Below are positions 11,401 through 26,400 of a stretch of 64,000 nt of DNA, in pieces. The notes beneath the pieces were generated by a model. It had not been told where the DNA came from, did no database searches, and saw nothing but the letters and a program-made list of their open reading frames with translations. The position numbers and the translations under genes are program-made. The stretch lies in assembly GCA_002633005.1 (NCBI GenBank), contig NMRA01000776.1:54817-118816 (forward strand). Direction: 5' to 3'. Numbering within the stretch: the first letter of the stretch is position 1; each line of letters begins with the position of its first letter. This DNA comes from Phoronis australis (Eukaryota; Animalia; Phoronida).

Positions 11401-14400
11401 TTGCTTATTTAATAAAGTAACAATAATAATGGACTAGTTAATTTTTGATCTTTCATTTTTATCAAAAATAACTAGAATCCAATAAATGCTAATCACCAGC
11501 TTCATGTTTCCAAATAACTACCACCAGGAATGAGACATTTTGGGCACTCACAACAATGTTAGAAACAGGGAAATAATTAATAAAAACTATTTTTAGGCAA
11601 AATCGATGAGATTTCACCATGCCACAAAAACATAATTTATCCAGAATTCAACTGAAATGGATATGATGCAATCACAACAGTACTAAGTCTAAGTCTTCTG
11701 TAATATTTAGTTCCTCTCAAGCCCATGAATGACATTAAACACAAGAAAGGAGCACGTGGGACCACAAAGAAAGGACCAAGTGTGACCAAATCTATAGCGG
11801 TGAGTGGTCTAGCACAAATGCTAAGCGTTTTTTAATTCACAAGTCTCCAAAGTCTCGTAGAAAGCCATTCACCTGAGTTGCACTTGTCTTTGATTCTCCT
11901 GCATCCCGCACAAGGTCAACATAGCCTCCACTCAATGAAACATTTCCATTCTCAACAACCTAGCGATCAAGAAGAATATATAATTATGTCATCTTATTGT
12001 ATCGATGGATGCACACATACACATACATGTACTGTAAACTCGCAGGTTAACGTGGATGCCCGGGTAATCGCCCACCCCCGAATTTTCCCAAATTTCGATG
12101 TAAGTGCCCACTGTTCGGGTAATCGCTCATCCCCAACTTTCTGCTAACAGAACCTGGAGTTTGAACTAGTGGCTTTGGTCGCAGCTTTGCCATGGGCTCG
12201 GACTTCCGTGTCTGCGGGAAACACAGTATGCTTACGTATGATAGTCTCGAAAAGTGCGTCTTTTAGCTGGCACTCATGGAATAACTTAATAAGCGCTGTA
12301 ACTACCTTTCCATGAATTTATTAGCTGGTCTTTTGTTAAATTAATATATGTCAAGTTGAAAACTCAGTAGATCTTAATAGAACTTTTGGCAGTTTTCTAC
12401 TACGAGATTAGCCATCAACGTTCACTTACGATCTCAATCGGACTGTGAAGTTTATTCGCGAGTACAAGTGGCACACACGGAGCATTTGTTTTTGCTAGAT
12501 CCCCCGGGTCGGTACCTCTTCTTGTTGTACACACACAGAGCACGTTATTTTAGTAACTTTAAATCTCCAGATTTGAATTGAGCAATTAAACACACCCATC
12601 CTCTTGCAATTGCAAAGTTTGGGTCAGGCCAGGAGCGAATCGACTCTGATTTAATCGAGGAAACGAAACATATTCATTCTCAATGATCTGAAACAGTACT
12701 AACCTGCTGATACGGTAAGTGGACTGCCATTCGAGTTTCATAAAGTTCTGCAGTATGACATTTTGCAGCATGCTAAATAAACATTCATGAAAACATCTGA
12801 GTTTTTAGCAATGGTCTCACAAAATCACCCTTTGAAACTCGAAATCCTGTTTCTGTTTGAGCCGTGAGAAACTTTGTGGTTATTGGGTTCCCTTGATTAA
12901 CCGAACTTACAATTTCCATGCTTGAATGAACACCTAGCACGATTGTGCAGTTCTACTAAAAATAATTTGGACGTAAGCAGCCACTGCTTGGGTAACCGGT
13001 CACCATCCCCCCCCCCGGGTTTTGCTAATTTCCGGTTTAAGAGCCCACTGCTTGGGTAATTTGGGTAATTGGCCATCCCGAACTTTTGCGAATTTTCGGT
13101 TTTGGCGCCCACCTGTCTCAGTGTTTCCCAATTGAAGTGCCCAAGGCAATATCCCGGTAAGTTTATGGTATGTCAAAGCTCTACATATTATGTAGCTACA
13201 AGAGTACTGAATGACCATTAAGAGGTATCCATCTAAGGCAGAATAGCCGCGATAAATGTTGTCAGCCAATCTACTGAATATATAACCTGTTGATCCCACC
13301 AATCGCGGAATATGGCAAAGTACCAGATTATGAAGAGATAGTGTTCATTTAATTGATTGGGGAGCATTCACCCGTTACTAAGATATTGTGGGTACTTTTT
13401 GGTATTAGCTTAAAGGCAGATAGAGAGCCAATTATGAAATGGTTCATTGTTATGGAATCAGTTTTCAACTTTCAGAAATAGTACCCGCAACAAAAGAGCT
13501 CCTACATTTTAGCGTCCTACATTTTTAGCGTCCTACATTTTAGCCCCTGTGGCCACAAAACCAAAATTTGAATCAAGGTCTCACAAAGTGTAATTTAGTG
13601 ATTTAAACTTAGTTTTCCAAAAATGATGAATGTCTTTTTATTAAAAATGAAAAAATATACCAAACAATTTGATAAATTTTCTAAGGAATAATAATTTTTG
13701 TCTTAATTTTTGCCATAATTTTCAATAACAGATTCAACCAATTTTTTTGCAAAGTATTTTCAACACTCCATTCTACAAAAGGCACGAAACAAGCTGGTTA
13801 CCCTGGTTTCAAAGAAGACACGGGTTCCTTCCAACCACATATCGGTAGCAAGAGTCTGACCGGGTAGAACTGGTTTGGACATACGCGTCTGAAAATAAAA
13901 GTTCAAACTGAAACTGTAGGTTCAGTAACCAATCAATGGTAATTGATAAAAGTCTAAATCCAGTAAAAATAAATTTATTACCAAGAAGCATCAGAAATCA
14001 TGCTGTGCACTTAATACTTATCTTTAGTCACACTCAAATTGGGAACAACTGTTTGCTTCACGAGTTGTTCTAGAACTATTGAGGTAGTCATGCTGTTGTG
14101 AACCACCTTCAAATGGTAGGTAGCACCAGATCACTTTGTTCCGGATCACCAAGTTCCCGGAGCATTCGGTCATGTAAACACCACAAGGAAAAAAATAAGA
14201 ACTACATCCAGTGATGGGGTTATGATATTAATTGTCAGCCTTCCTGACGTTCTTTCAAGATGAGGTTATGGTAAAAATTGTCGGCATTCTTGATGTCCTT
14301 CCAAGTTTCATCAAATAATTGTTTACTGTGAACCAGTCCTGTAAAAGCGACTTCTTGATAAATGGCCGGAAAATTTTCATTCGTTTATGATTACGTGACC

Positions 14401-17400
14401 ACATTTTTGTGCTATTTTTCTCTTTTTAACTTAAAAAAAACTTTCTAAAAATCCTAAACTATGGTAAACAAATGACATGTTTGGTCATTCTTTTACAGAT
14501 AACATCCAGGTAGCCATGTCTCAGACTTTTAATTAATCTCGAAACTTGAGCCATAGATTACGGTAACCCTTTTTAAAATGTCACAAGTCTCCCTTTGAAA
14601 GCCACTGTCTTCTTTGCTCGAGGAACAAACAAAAATCCAACACAGTTCCCTCAGCCATCAACCATAAACATGCAAATCAACCCACACTCTACAGAGAAAT
14701 GTCGAAAATCAAAAGATCATAACATTATCGACAAAGGATTGCCACAAACTCGGACAAAGACATTTAATTTTATCAGGTTTTAATAATAGAAAGGATTCAA
14801 ATCGCCCAATACTTCAGACTTCAAATAGAGAATTTGTCATTTTATGGAAACTACAGACTTCAACTGTCTCTTACTTTAATTGCCTTGAACTTGCTAGTGT
14901 CATTATCAGCAAACTGCTTCAATACATGTCTGGCAGAATAGCCCAAAGAACACAGACCATGCAGTATGGGTTGGGAGAATCCTGCAGAAGAAAAACGGAA
15001 TGTTAGAAAACTGATTTAATACATTACCGAGCACCTTAATCATTGTATTACTAAAAGGATAAAAATCCTGGTTGTGGCCTCTTAACAGAAGGTATTAAAA
15101 ACAATTTTCCCATCCAATTCTCTGAAACAAGATAATGGCACACCGTAACCTCCACAACCCTAAATACTTTGGAGGAAAATTTGAAAACTCCTTTCAAAGT
15201 CTGCTATACAGGCAAGCATGACCTACGCCTTTAGCGAATTACACAGCAACTGTGGGTAAAGACCACGCATGAAGAATCATAATATCCAATCTGTGACATA
15301 GGGAGTATGAGTTTTTATTTGATTCCTAGCTGTCTTTATGCATCACCAGTTGACAAATGAGTAGAAGTAATCGTCAAAACAGGGCTTAATGCCATTTAAA
15401 TACACAGTGCTTATGACAAATTCATTTGGCTAGTAAACTAATGAGAATGGACACCTAAACAAGGAAACAAAATTCATGTGGTAACCAATGGAAACAAATT
15501 CCTCCATTTACAGGAGAAACGCGTGACTGCCCCAATTCAGCTATGGCCTAATCTCTCTGAAATGACTGAATCTTACTGTTCGACAACCTGCAGGTATGAG
15601 TTACGATATTCCTGACAGGAGATAAATGAGACTTTGTATAGAGGCTAACTATGCAGCAGTTACCATTAAAGGCTGAATCTTCTTAAGAAGAAATTGCAAC
15701 GTCTGGATGGAAGACATTGTCTCGTGACTATCGATGATCAACTACAGAACAGTGCTCATCCATTACCAATATAATTGCTGTTTTAAACAGTTTTTTATAC
15801 TTAAAGGTGTACGAAAAAAACAACAAAATAAAATCTATATAGCACTTTCTCCTACAACATTTGAAAGCAATATATTTCTAATACCTTAGTATCTGCAACA
15901 TCTATGAGTCAAATACTCTTCAGTAAATCACAGCATTGACTAATCTTTCTAAAATTGGACCGCCTCACTTGCTTTTTTCTAAATTAAACTAAATTTTGAA
16001 ATCGATCCTACAGTGGCGAATCCATTATGGGAGGCTTTAAAATAATTATTCATTTAAAAAGGAACAGATTAAGACCAATTATTAAATGCAACTTCAATAA
16101 ATCTGATTCAGTTTCCTCAACATGTAAGACCTTTCATATGTCCTCAGAGTTCTCACTGAGTACAAAAGCCAACCTGCTCACAGGCAATCAACAGAACAAA
16201 GCAGACAGGAAGTACATCAACTCACCTCCCATTGCAGCAAAACTAGGATCAATGTGGAGAGGATTGTAGTCACCACTGAGCCTGTACACGGCTGCCTGGT
16301 CAATACTGGTCTTCTCTGTGACAGTGACATCTGGTTTGCGTGCAGGAGCTTTCACTGGCATGATGGCTCGGTCAGACGATCGCTTGCCACCAAACTTACC
16401 GGCACCAACCACAAAGATAGTAAACTGATTGAAGAACACTTTATTGCCAGCGTCGTCAAAGGTTTCCACTAAAAAGAAGATCATACAGAAAGCATAATGC
16501 AACATGTGCCATTTTGTTTCAAAATGTTTTCAAAGTTGGAATCAAGTGCAACAAAAAATTATTCCATGTTCACCAGGTGACACCAATACTTAATGTACCA
16601 CATTTTGACATTCGAATAAATTGAGAGCAGAAAGCAATTCATCAACATGGTGGAGGCCCTGTGTCATAAGGGAATCGCGGTATCTGCCTGAATACAGGCA
16701 TGTCTATGGAAGGTTCTTGTTTCACTTACACACAATACTTGCAGGTGGTCAGGTACAAGTTGTTTCAGATGTGCGCAGGTTGCTCAGGTGAGCCCATTGT
16801 ACTGATCACCCATAAACATTTTCATGGTTTATTAATATATAGTTAAAACCAAGCTGGGGAGCTGGAGAGCTGACTCAAGGGTCTTGCACTGTACCCCAGG
16901 GAGAATCGAATCCACGGAGTTGAGAAAAGGAAGTGAGCACGTATCCTAATAGGCCATACTGTTTCCTTTCAATTCGGACACCGAGTGAATTTTGATTTCC
17001 CAAATGGCTAAACCTGCTTGTCAATACTACAGCACCGCAAGATTCTCAATGACACACTGTTTAAACAGTCATCTGAGTCAGCCTATAGTGCTTGAGATAG
17101 GAATTTGGAGCAAATGTTTCGATACAGAGCCTCTTCAAACAGTTCTGTTGATAGGGGTTTTTTGATGATTATATAACACTAGAGTATTGTTTCCAGAGTG
17201 AAATGTAGTATAACGAATGATGGCATGTGTCTACTAGTGGAGACCGACGCTCGTCTTGTATGTATAAAGTACACATAGCAATAACATAATGACTTGATGT
17301 AATGGGACATAAGTATTTATAAAGACAACATAGAGACTGGAGCAAGATAACAAGCCTACCATCAACAATGACAACACAACCGGAGCCCTTATCCAGGACA

Positions 17401-20400
17401 TCTGCCACCATCACTTGAGAAGTAAGCGTACCGCTGGTCGGGATTGGGTTGAACACTTCTAGGTACTGTTCTCCATGAAGAATCTAAACAACCAAACAAA
17501 TGCAGCACTCGTATACATGCAGTCTAAATGCCAAATACGGCATTCACATATCGTCCAACCTGAAAGCAGATTGGATGCTTGGTCGGCAATACAAAAAAAT
17601 TCACAAAATCAACACTTCCCAGAGATCTCAGCCACCCTCTCACCACCCTCTCAGCCACCCTCTCACCACCTTCTTAGCCACCCTCTTACCACCCATCAGA
17701 CAGCAGAACTGCTCTCATCTTGCCAGAAGAAGTCTACAATTTGATGGCACGGTTTACGGCAAGGCTGTGGCCGGCCACGGTGATTGCAAGAGATTAAAAC
17801 AAAGTAGTAAATTGTACACAATGTTAACGCTCATTACTCACAAGATGGCAGACACGGTGCCTAGTGAATGCTACTTTTAAGCATCTGATCTGCCATTGGA
17901 CAACAGGCCCTATGTGCTATGCTATAAACATTCAAAACCCGAACGTGGTAGTAGAAAAAACAGTGTCCCAACAACACTGAAATTAATATTATAATTGAAA
18001 CAGTACAACACATTGAAATAGAGGAGTTCCAGAACAAAATTGACTATTCTATACTTTTAATCAAAGATTATAATTATGTAACGTTTTCACTTCTGGTTTT
18101 ACATGATCATTAAATTATATTACTTACAACAGAAATTTGCTAAAAAACACAGTGACCAAGGATACTTAGCTATCTTGTGTTTCACATTTGAAAGATAATA
18201 CTACTGTTGAAAGCACACATTGTAAATTTCAACGCTATGTATTTGTAATTACTTAGACCTGCCTCCAGGAATCAAATGACGAATGCATCTACATGTACCA
18301 ATAACGCATACATTACTCACCTTTGTCATGTCTATAGGTAACCCAGGCCATTGTCCTGTGAACACAGGCTTTAGTGACATCTGAGCCGGTATGAAGCCGA
18401 AAGTAGGAAACAAGCAGAAGCCGTCGGAGAACTCGAACAAGAACTTCAGGTGATCCTCTTGGGAAGTGGACACGCCAACTATCAGGAACAAGAGGTCATT
18501 GTTAAGAAAGGGAACAGGTAAAGGTCACATGACTTCAAGCACAATCATCATGTATATTTCAAGGCTACTAACTACCTAGTAAACAATTCGAGTACTTTTC
18601 GCAAAACTGATGTTCTCAATTTCAGGAAAGATTGCTACTTTATATAATTACCTCAGTTTGCATGTCAGTCACATCCCGTTCACGAGAACAAAAACCGCAC
18701 AAGTCACATCTAACCGCTCAAAATGACCCGTCATTCCACCGTTATTCTGCCTAGCTCAGATGGCTAGTCGTCAATTTGAGCGATAAGATACGATTACTGT
18801 AGCAATACTACACAGTACGCAAAAAAGCAAACAAAAAGACTCAGAATGTCCTGTCATGACAACTGAGTATAAGTGATGAAGGGTCATAAAGTGTTATGGA
18901 AACAACAGACCGTGTGTTGTAACAACAGAGACAGAAACATAGGTCTGTGTTGTAACAACAGAACGTGTGTTGTATACAACAGACCACAAAGCACCATTCA
19001 CGGAAATCCTCTTTTGATCATTGATCCCTGCTTATAAATTACCACCGGGTGACGTTTCATGATAAACCTTGCATGAAAAATTAAACAAATCAACCAGTAA
19101 TTCATATTCATAAGATACCTCTAGTGATAAATTGTGATAAAACAATTAATAGAGCCAAAGGAATGCTTACTTCCAAGGTTATAGAGAATGACATCACGGA
19201 ATGTGTAGGAGAACTCGTCTGGAGCCACTTTGGTGGCCTTCGCTAATTCCTGAGGAAAGAACTTATCCATGAAATGAAAATCAAATACATTATTCAGGAC
19301 CTTGTGATTTATAGTATTTTGCCTAGTAAATCTAAGCAGTCCACTCATCACTATCATTATTTAATTTGTAGATAGCAATTATTATAATAACGTTATCCTT
19401 TACAAAAATTGATCTTTTTACACAATTAAAAAATAAAATAATGAGAAAAAGGTAACACACAAATTTGAATTATTTATCACGACACTACTTCACAAAAATT
19501 GCACACAGATTTTCATTTCAGTATCAAAACATAACTTAAAATCAACTTTCATGCCCATTTCCAGTGGTCAATAAGTAAATAGAAAGACCTTCAGTCTGTG
19601 GTGATTATCAACAGATTCATTGTTTATGAAGTGAGTAATTCAAACCCAGGGAATACCAGTAAGTATGTGTGTTTTATACAAGGGGGATTCGCTTTAAGTT
19701 TCGATTCCGAGTAACCTTTCAAGTGAGATCCGAAATAAAGATGGTGAAATAATCATTGACAACCAAAGTTGCCGAAAATTGTTCGAAAATTAGTCACAAG
19801 GGTTGGTGAAAAGAGAACCAAGAAAAGTTTGTCTTCCACATGTCAAGCTGTTAAACACCACATGAAATATCAAAAAGTCTCAGCAAAGAAAGGACAGCTG
19901 TGTTAGTCGAATTCTCTGTATGGACACTGCTTTGGTTGTTACAAAAACCAGGCAGGGATGATGTTGTGCTATCCTCAGGTGAAACTTGGTGACCGTGTGA
20001 ACGACCAACAACAGCATATCAGCAGAGAATCAACGGAGCAGTAAATTAGAAAAAAAGCAGTCAAACATTTTTGCTGATCAGTATTTTGCCAACTTTAAAC
20101 AAGGACACATCTCGTCAACTTTTTTTTGAAAGCTACTGTAGGCTAATGATGACTGACTGCAGACAACGAAACTAAGTGACTGTCTAGAATAGCATCATTG
20201 GCACTAACGAACTGTAACTTCAGTCTGTGACTCAGCTTCACTCTTACACTCAAGAGATTACACAAAAGAAAAATCCCTCACTGGATTTATTTTGCCGGGC
20301 TCTCCACTGTCAGCAGCTGTGATTGGTTGGTCTTGATCCACTGTGCTCTCAAGGGCTTTCATGACGGCAGAGGTGTTTTCTGGAATGGAAAATTAATTGC

Positions 20401-23400
20401 AATGAGATGGTACTTTCACTGCTCGTATCAATGCCATTGATCGATGTATCCAATTACCATCTAAACCAAAACTGATGGCTGGTTACAGTTTCCACTAATA
20501 ATACGTGTTCACAGAGGCAACACCAGCCGTATAAAAACCACTATCTACTGTAAGCCTACACCCACCGACCAATGGTGGCCCCACTGAGGCTATATCTTAT
20601 ACAAAAGGTCAGTTGGCAAGCAGTCTTTTGTTAGTTACAAAATCTTGCTTGACTAGGACCCCTTGCATACATACCTAGGAGAGACCAAGCGTACTATGGG
20701 CACTGGACCTAAAGAGCATAGAAACTGGGAAAACCTACAGCAGTTGGTCAGTATTCGTACCCAGCACCCCCCAATGAACCAAGACCTGGGTGTGAACTTA
20801 CTCCCCCCCCCCTCCGTGCAGTCAACTGCTACTTAACAACGAAAGGGTGTCGGCTACCTCAGTCGCTGACGAAAGCCGATTGTAGTCGACTGAAACTTTC
20901 GACTAACTGATTTACACCCAGTCTCCTCATCACTGAGTCTGCATTATATTTAACATGACATCAGGGGACAATGAACAATNAACATTTATTTTGGAACTCA
21001 AATCTGCAAGTAAATTTGATATCATAAGGGCAAACAATATCTCGGATAATTGAAAGAATAAAGTTAATAACAGAACAATAGTGTACAGACTGGAATGGCA
21101 ACCTCAAAAAGATACAATGACTGCTCTAAAGAGAGGTTACCATAAAACAACATTATTTGGAATCAAATTGACCTGTGGATGTTGCTAGTGATGTAAACAT
21201 GCAAGCAAAGAAAACCTGCTTTTGACACCAGAACATGGTTTAGTTGATCCTGAACACAAATTGAAGATAAACGATGTACGACTTATTAACACACCTCTAC
21301 CAGCTTACCTTGGGATATCCAGCCCCCACCAGCCTCAAACAGGCACCCACTATCAGGAGTGTCTTCGTGACACAGGTAGACCACCAGGGGTGCCACAAAC
21401 TCAGGCTTGATAGCATTGATGAGGTCTGAAACATAAAAAACAGATTGCTAAGATATGCAGCAGAACCTTGTCACTAAAAGGAACCACCAAGACACAGTTT
21501 GTATCATCTCAATATTTATGTTTTACCTTTAATATTTCTCAGGGTGCATTATCTTAATATTTATCAGTCTGTATGTTCTTAATAATTCTCAGTTTAATAT
21601 TAGTGTGTTCAGTGAAACACGTAATCTTTCCTAGCTACGTTTGTCAGTGGAGTATGCTGCAAAACTCTAAGTCACCAATGAGAAACACAGCACCAACTTC
21701 AAAGTGTTGTAATAGTTGTTGGTGGTTGTGAACAGTTGTACAGTAACTGTTGTTGTTGTTGTTGCTGATGTTGTTCTTGGACTTAGTGCATCACTAGAAC
21801 ACTATTCGCTTGCCGTGAACACATCCCTAACATTCAAACACGGCAACAGTTAGTTTGAAAACATTTACGGTGTTAAACAGACTTCACTAACTTCACGAAA
21901 CTTTAACACTTCATAGTTACACATTGTACAACAAGTCACACGCAAATTTATAATGACCATCCCAGATGTTGACTGTCTGGAGTCAATGATTTGTTGATAC
22001 TCTGACATACGAGTCGTTGCGAGGTAAAAGTGTCATCTACTAAAAATCATCATTTTCAAATCCTATCCAATGATAACAATTTCTCGGAGCAGATTTTAAA
22101 CATGCATGAAGGTCGAGTAGTCTGACATAACATAATGGTTTTGAATAGTTGAATAAGCATATCATGCAAGGGGGTCAAGGGGCTGCAAACCCCCCCTATT
22201 CCCTTGATTTTGGTACATTGAACTTAGAATTGTTGACTAGGACCCCCTTTTCAAAAAACTCTTGATCCGACCCACCCTTTAAAAAATCCTGGATCCACCC
22301 CATTGTACAACACAGAATAGTCGGACAAATTTGCTCNCCAGCTTACCTTGGGATATCCAGCCCCCACCAGCCTCAAACAGGCACCCACTATCAGGAGTGT
22401 CTTCGTGACACAGGTAGACCACCAGGGGTGCCACAAACTCAGGCTTGATAGCATTGATGAGGTCTGAAACATAAAAAACAGATTGCTAAGATATACAGCA
22501 GAACCTTGTCACTAAAAGGAACCACCAAGAGACAGTTTGTATCATCTCAATATTTATGTTTTACCTTAATATTTCTCAGGGTGCATTATCTTAATATTTA
22601 TCAGTCTGTATTTTCTTAATAATTCTCAGTTTAATATTATTGTGTTCAGTGAAACACGTAATCTTTCCTAGCTATGTTTGTCAGTGGAGTATGCTGCAAA
22701 ACTCTCAGTCACCAATGAGAAACACAGCACCAACTTCAAAGTGTTGTAATTATAGTTGTTGGTGGTTGTGAACAGTTGTTGTTGTTGTTGCTGTTGTTGT
22801 TGGACTTAGTGCATCACAAGAACACTATTCACTTGCCATGAACACATCCCTAACATTCAAACACGGCAACAGTTAGTTTGAAAACATTTACGGTGTTAAA
22901 CAGACTTCACTAACTTCATGAAACTTTAACACTTCATAGGTACACATTGTTTACAACAACAAGTCACACGCAAATTTACAATGACCATCCCAGATGTTGA
23001 CTGTCTGGAATCAATGATTTGTTGATACTCTGACATACGAGTCGTTGCGAGGTAAAAGTGTCAACTACTAAAAATCAAGATTTTCAAATCCTATCCAATG
23101 ATAACAATTTCTCGGAGCAGATTTTAAACATGTATAAAGGTCGAGTAGTCTGACATAACATAATGGTTTTGAATAGTTGAATAAGCATATCATGCAAGGG
23201 GGTCAAGGGGCTGCAAACCCCCCCTATTCCCTTGATTTTAGTATATTGAACTTAGAATTGTTGACTAGGACCCCCTTTTCAAAAAACTCTTGATCCGACC
23301 CACCCTTTAAAAAATCCTGGATCCACCCCATTGTACAACACAGAATAGTCGGACAAATTTGCTCTCTTGTGAATCACCAGCATGTGGACATTAGGAAACT

Positions 23401-26400
23401 TTTATGCTTTTATTCTTTAATTAAGAGTGGAAACGTTAGGTGGCCACACGCCTGAGTTCCAGCAATGATAACAGAAACAATATTATTTCCAAACTTATAT
23501 ATACCAAACTTGAGGTAAACGCACATCTCCAAACTCCACACATGCCACAAAAATTAGCTATACACAGTAACCAAACTCCATACACAGTGATCACATTCCA
23601 TACACAAGGACCAAATTACAGTGACCAAGCAAACCAAACTGTGTCAGGACGATTGTAACCATGAATGGAGTTTGATCACCAGACACGGAGCATCTTCAAT
23701 GCACAAGTTTAGTATAGAGGCACAGGTCTAGAATTTTTGCTGCAGGCCACATTATGATTCTACTCCCTGTTAAATTTGCAACAAAGCCGCATATTAAGTA
23801 TGTTATTTACCTTCTGGCATGACAGTGGCCGTGAGTCGTGAACCAGCCATCGGTGCTATGGTGTTACACTTGATGTTATTTTTAGCACCCTCTATTGCCA
23901 GCGTGTTACTAAGACCTAGCAGACCCAATTTGGCTGAAAGCAAATTAATAGATTGAGTTAACAAATGTCCAGTCAATCAGTAGCTTGTATGTTTGATTCA
24001 GCGCTACTTCTCATCTGAAGATGAATGCAAGAACAAGCACGACTTTTTGCCTGGTTTTTGATGCTGAAATGTTGGTTCTACTTGTCGCGCTTTCCCCTGA
24101 ATCAACATAGGCACAGAGTTATGTAGTCAGGTGAATGGAAGGACATGCTATAGAACCCTAGAACAATCTGCAAATTTTGCCGTCACAACATCATATCTCA
24201 CAAACGGCTCAAAGGATTCACATGAAACTCTCAGATGCTATGTTTTAAGTAATGATCTCCAAAACAAAGTCACAAATTGTATATAAAATGTTCCACTTTT
24301 AGATGATGGAACATCACAAGTAGGACCAGTTGTGATTTTCTTAATGAAAAAAAATCTATACTTGCATAAAATGAAAACATTCTTTTGCTATGGGGTGCAC
24401 ATTTTTTGCTACATTTTAATAAAGACAAGGTCAAATAAGCCAATTCATGACAAATTGCTAAAAAGTAACGAAATCTAATTCATCAGGTTTTCTACGTTCA
24501 GAACATTTACAGACTAAGTTAAAATTTTTAGTTTTGTAATGCACATACTCATCAACAAGATCCAATAAATCTTAACTGGTAGGCAACTGAAGAACACAGT
24601 GTTATACCTGCACTGTAATTGGCCTGTCCAAAGTTGCCATAGATACCAGCAGCAGACGTGGTCATGATAATCCTGAAGCAGCGAAAAATGAGGTTTGAAA
24701 AAAACAATGTGTGATTTTTCATGAACGTACACAATATAACGCATCAGTTGAGTGAAAATTAAACTTTACAAACTCAAATGTCTATAATATGAACTTGACA
24801 GCGCAAGCGTGCCAGATAAAGAGGCTTGATTACAACGGCTGGTAAGAACCAGCTATCAAGATTGACAATTTATCATTAAGACTACTTATTGCAAGCTTGT
24901 AAAACTTTCTTCACTTTCCCTTCAATTAGACATCCAGTTGATAAATATAGAAAAGAACAAAATCCGACTTGGATTTCAACTGAGTGGCATTGCATCCCCA
25001 TCGCGAGGACATTCACTAGCTAATTTCTCTACGAACACGTAGAATGCCCCTCTTTGAATCGCCAAGTCGGGTTAAGATTCCAACTTTCTAAGACATGAGA
25101 TCACATGCTACATTTCATTCCACACCGATTTTGTCATCAGCCGAACGTCACCACGACATCAGTTAGTGAAAATCCCAGCGATGACGATGCAATGTCGCTC
25201 AGTTAAAATGTAAGTTAAGTATTAGAATTTAGTTATTTTCATGATCTCCTCTTTCTTCCTCTACCCTGACCAGAAGTGATGGCTGGGCCTAGGAACAACT
25301 TGGAACAGTTTCTGAGCTCAATAGTTTTTTCCCACCTGGAGGGTCATTTTATAGGTCAGAATTAGTTAAAAACTGCCAAATGCTTCTAAAGAAAAAGTAG
25401 AGACCAAATTTAAAAGTGTTAAAAAGTGGTATTTATTTTTAGCAGAAACTACACAGTATGTTCGCAGCAGCTTTTTATTTTTATAAGCTAATTAATTTAC
25501 AACACACAATTTGCCAGTAGGTTGACTCTTTCAATCGTCTACCTTCCATAGTTTTGTTTCTTCATATGAGGCCAAGCCGCCCGTGTGACCAAGAAGGAGC
25601 CTCGTAAGTGGACCCGCTGAATAATATCCCAGTCTTCATCGCTGATCCGTGCAAACGATTTGTCTCGGAGAATCCCTGCATTGTTGACCACGATATCTGC
25701 ACGGAAAGAAAATAACTAAAAGTCAAAAACATTATGATACAGTTAACACGCACCTCAATATCAGATACCTTAGCCTTAGAATAGATTCATAGAAATTTGC
25801 ATTAGGTGCAAAGCTGTGAGAAATATTAAACATAAAGTTGCCCAGAACGAAAATGTTTCTTTACCACACTTCTGCATGTTAAAACTTTCTCAAAATTAAA
25901 ACGCATCAAACACCACCGTGACGCTAACAAGGCATTTTAGATCAAACACCACCTAACACAACTCATACAAAACCTTTACTTCGTAAGTCTAGGCTTACCG
26001 TAAACCCTGTCAACTATTATTCATTGGCAACAATTTGTTACAAAAACAGACAGGATTATGGTAGACCATGTGTACTAATTGTTCACAGACAACCCTTTAA
26101 ATGCACCCAGCAATTTACAAAGAGCCAAATATTGCAGAGATTTATGTCATCATATTTTACTGATAAAAAATAACTCGCATGAATTCCACAGTTGGTAAAT
26201 GGGTACTAGTATTCGTTCAACAAAATAGACATAGAATATGACATTTGAACTCACCAATGCGACCAAAGTTGTCGAGAGCTGTTTGTACGAGTTTTTCTCC
26301 GTCTTCTACAGAGTCTAACAAAAAGAACAAAACAAAGAGTTCATCACAGTGAAGAGACAATGTACTGTACCTCATATCTCAAAGCTACCCTTCAAACTGA

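Noticed and set aside
12586-12650. Minus-strand ORF peptide [17 protein letters not shown] resembling the MFE-2 RFAKPVxPGQTL exon
   Set aside because: The true exon is at 13802-13888 with proper splice sites; this stretch lies inside a MITE-like repeat.
23988-24110. ctgaaga...gaaatgtt inside a short inverted repeat, as a second hammerhead
   Set aside because: No convincing stem I or stem II pairing.
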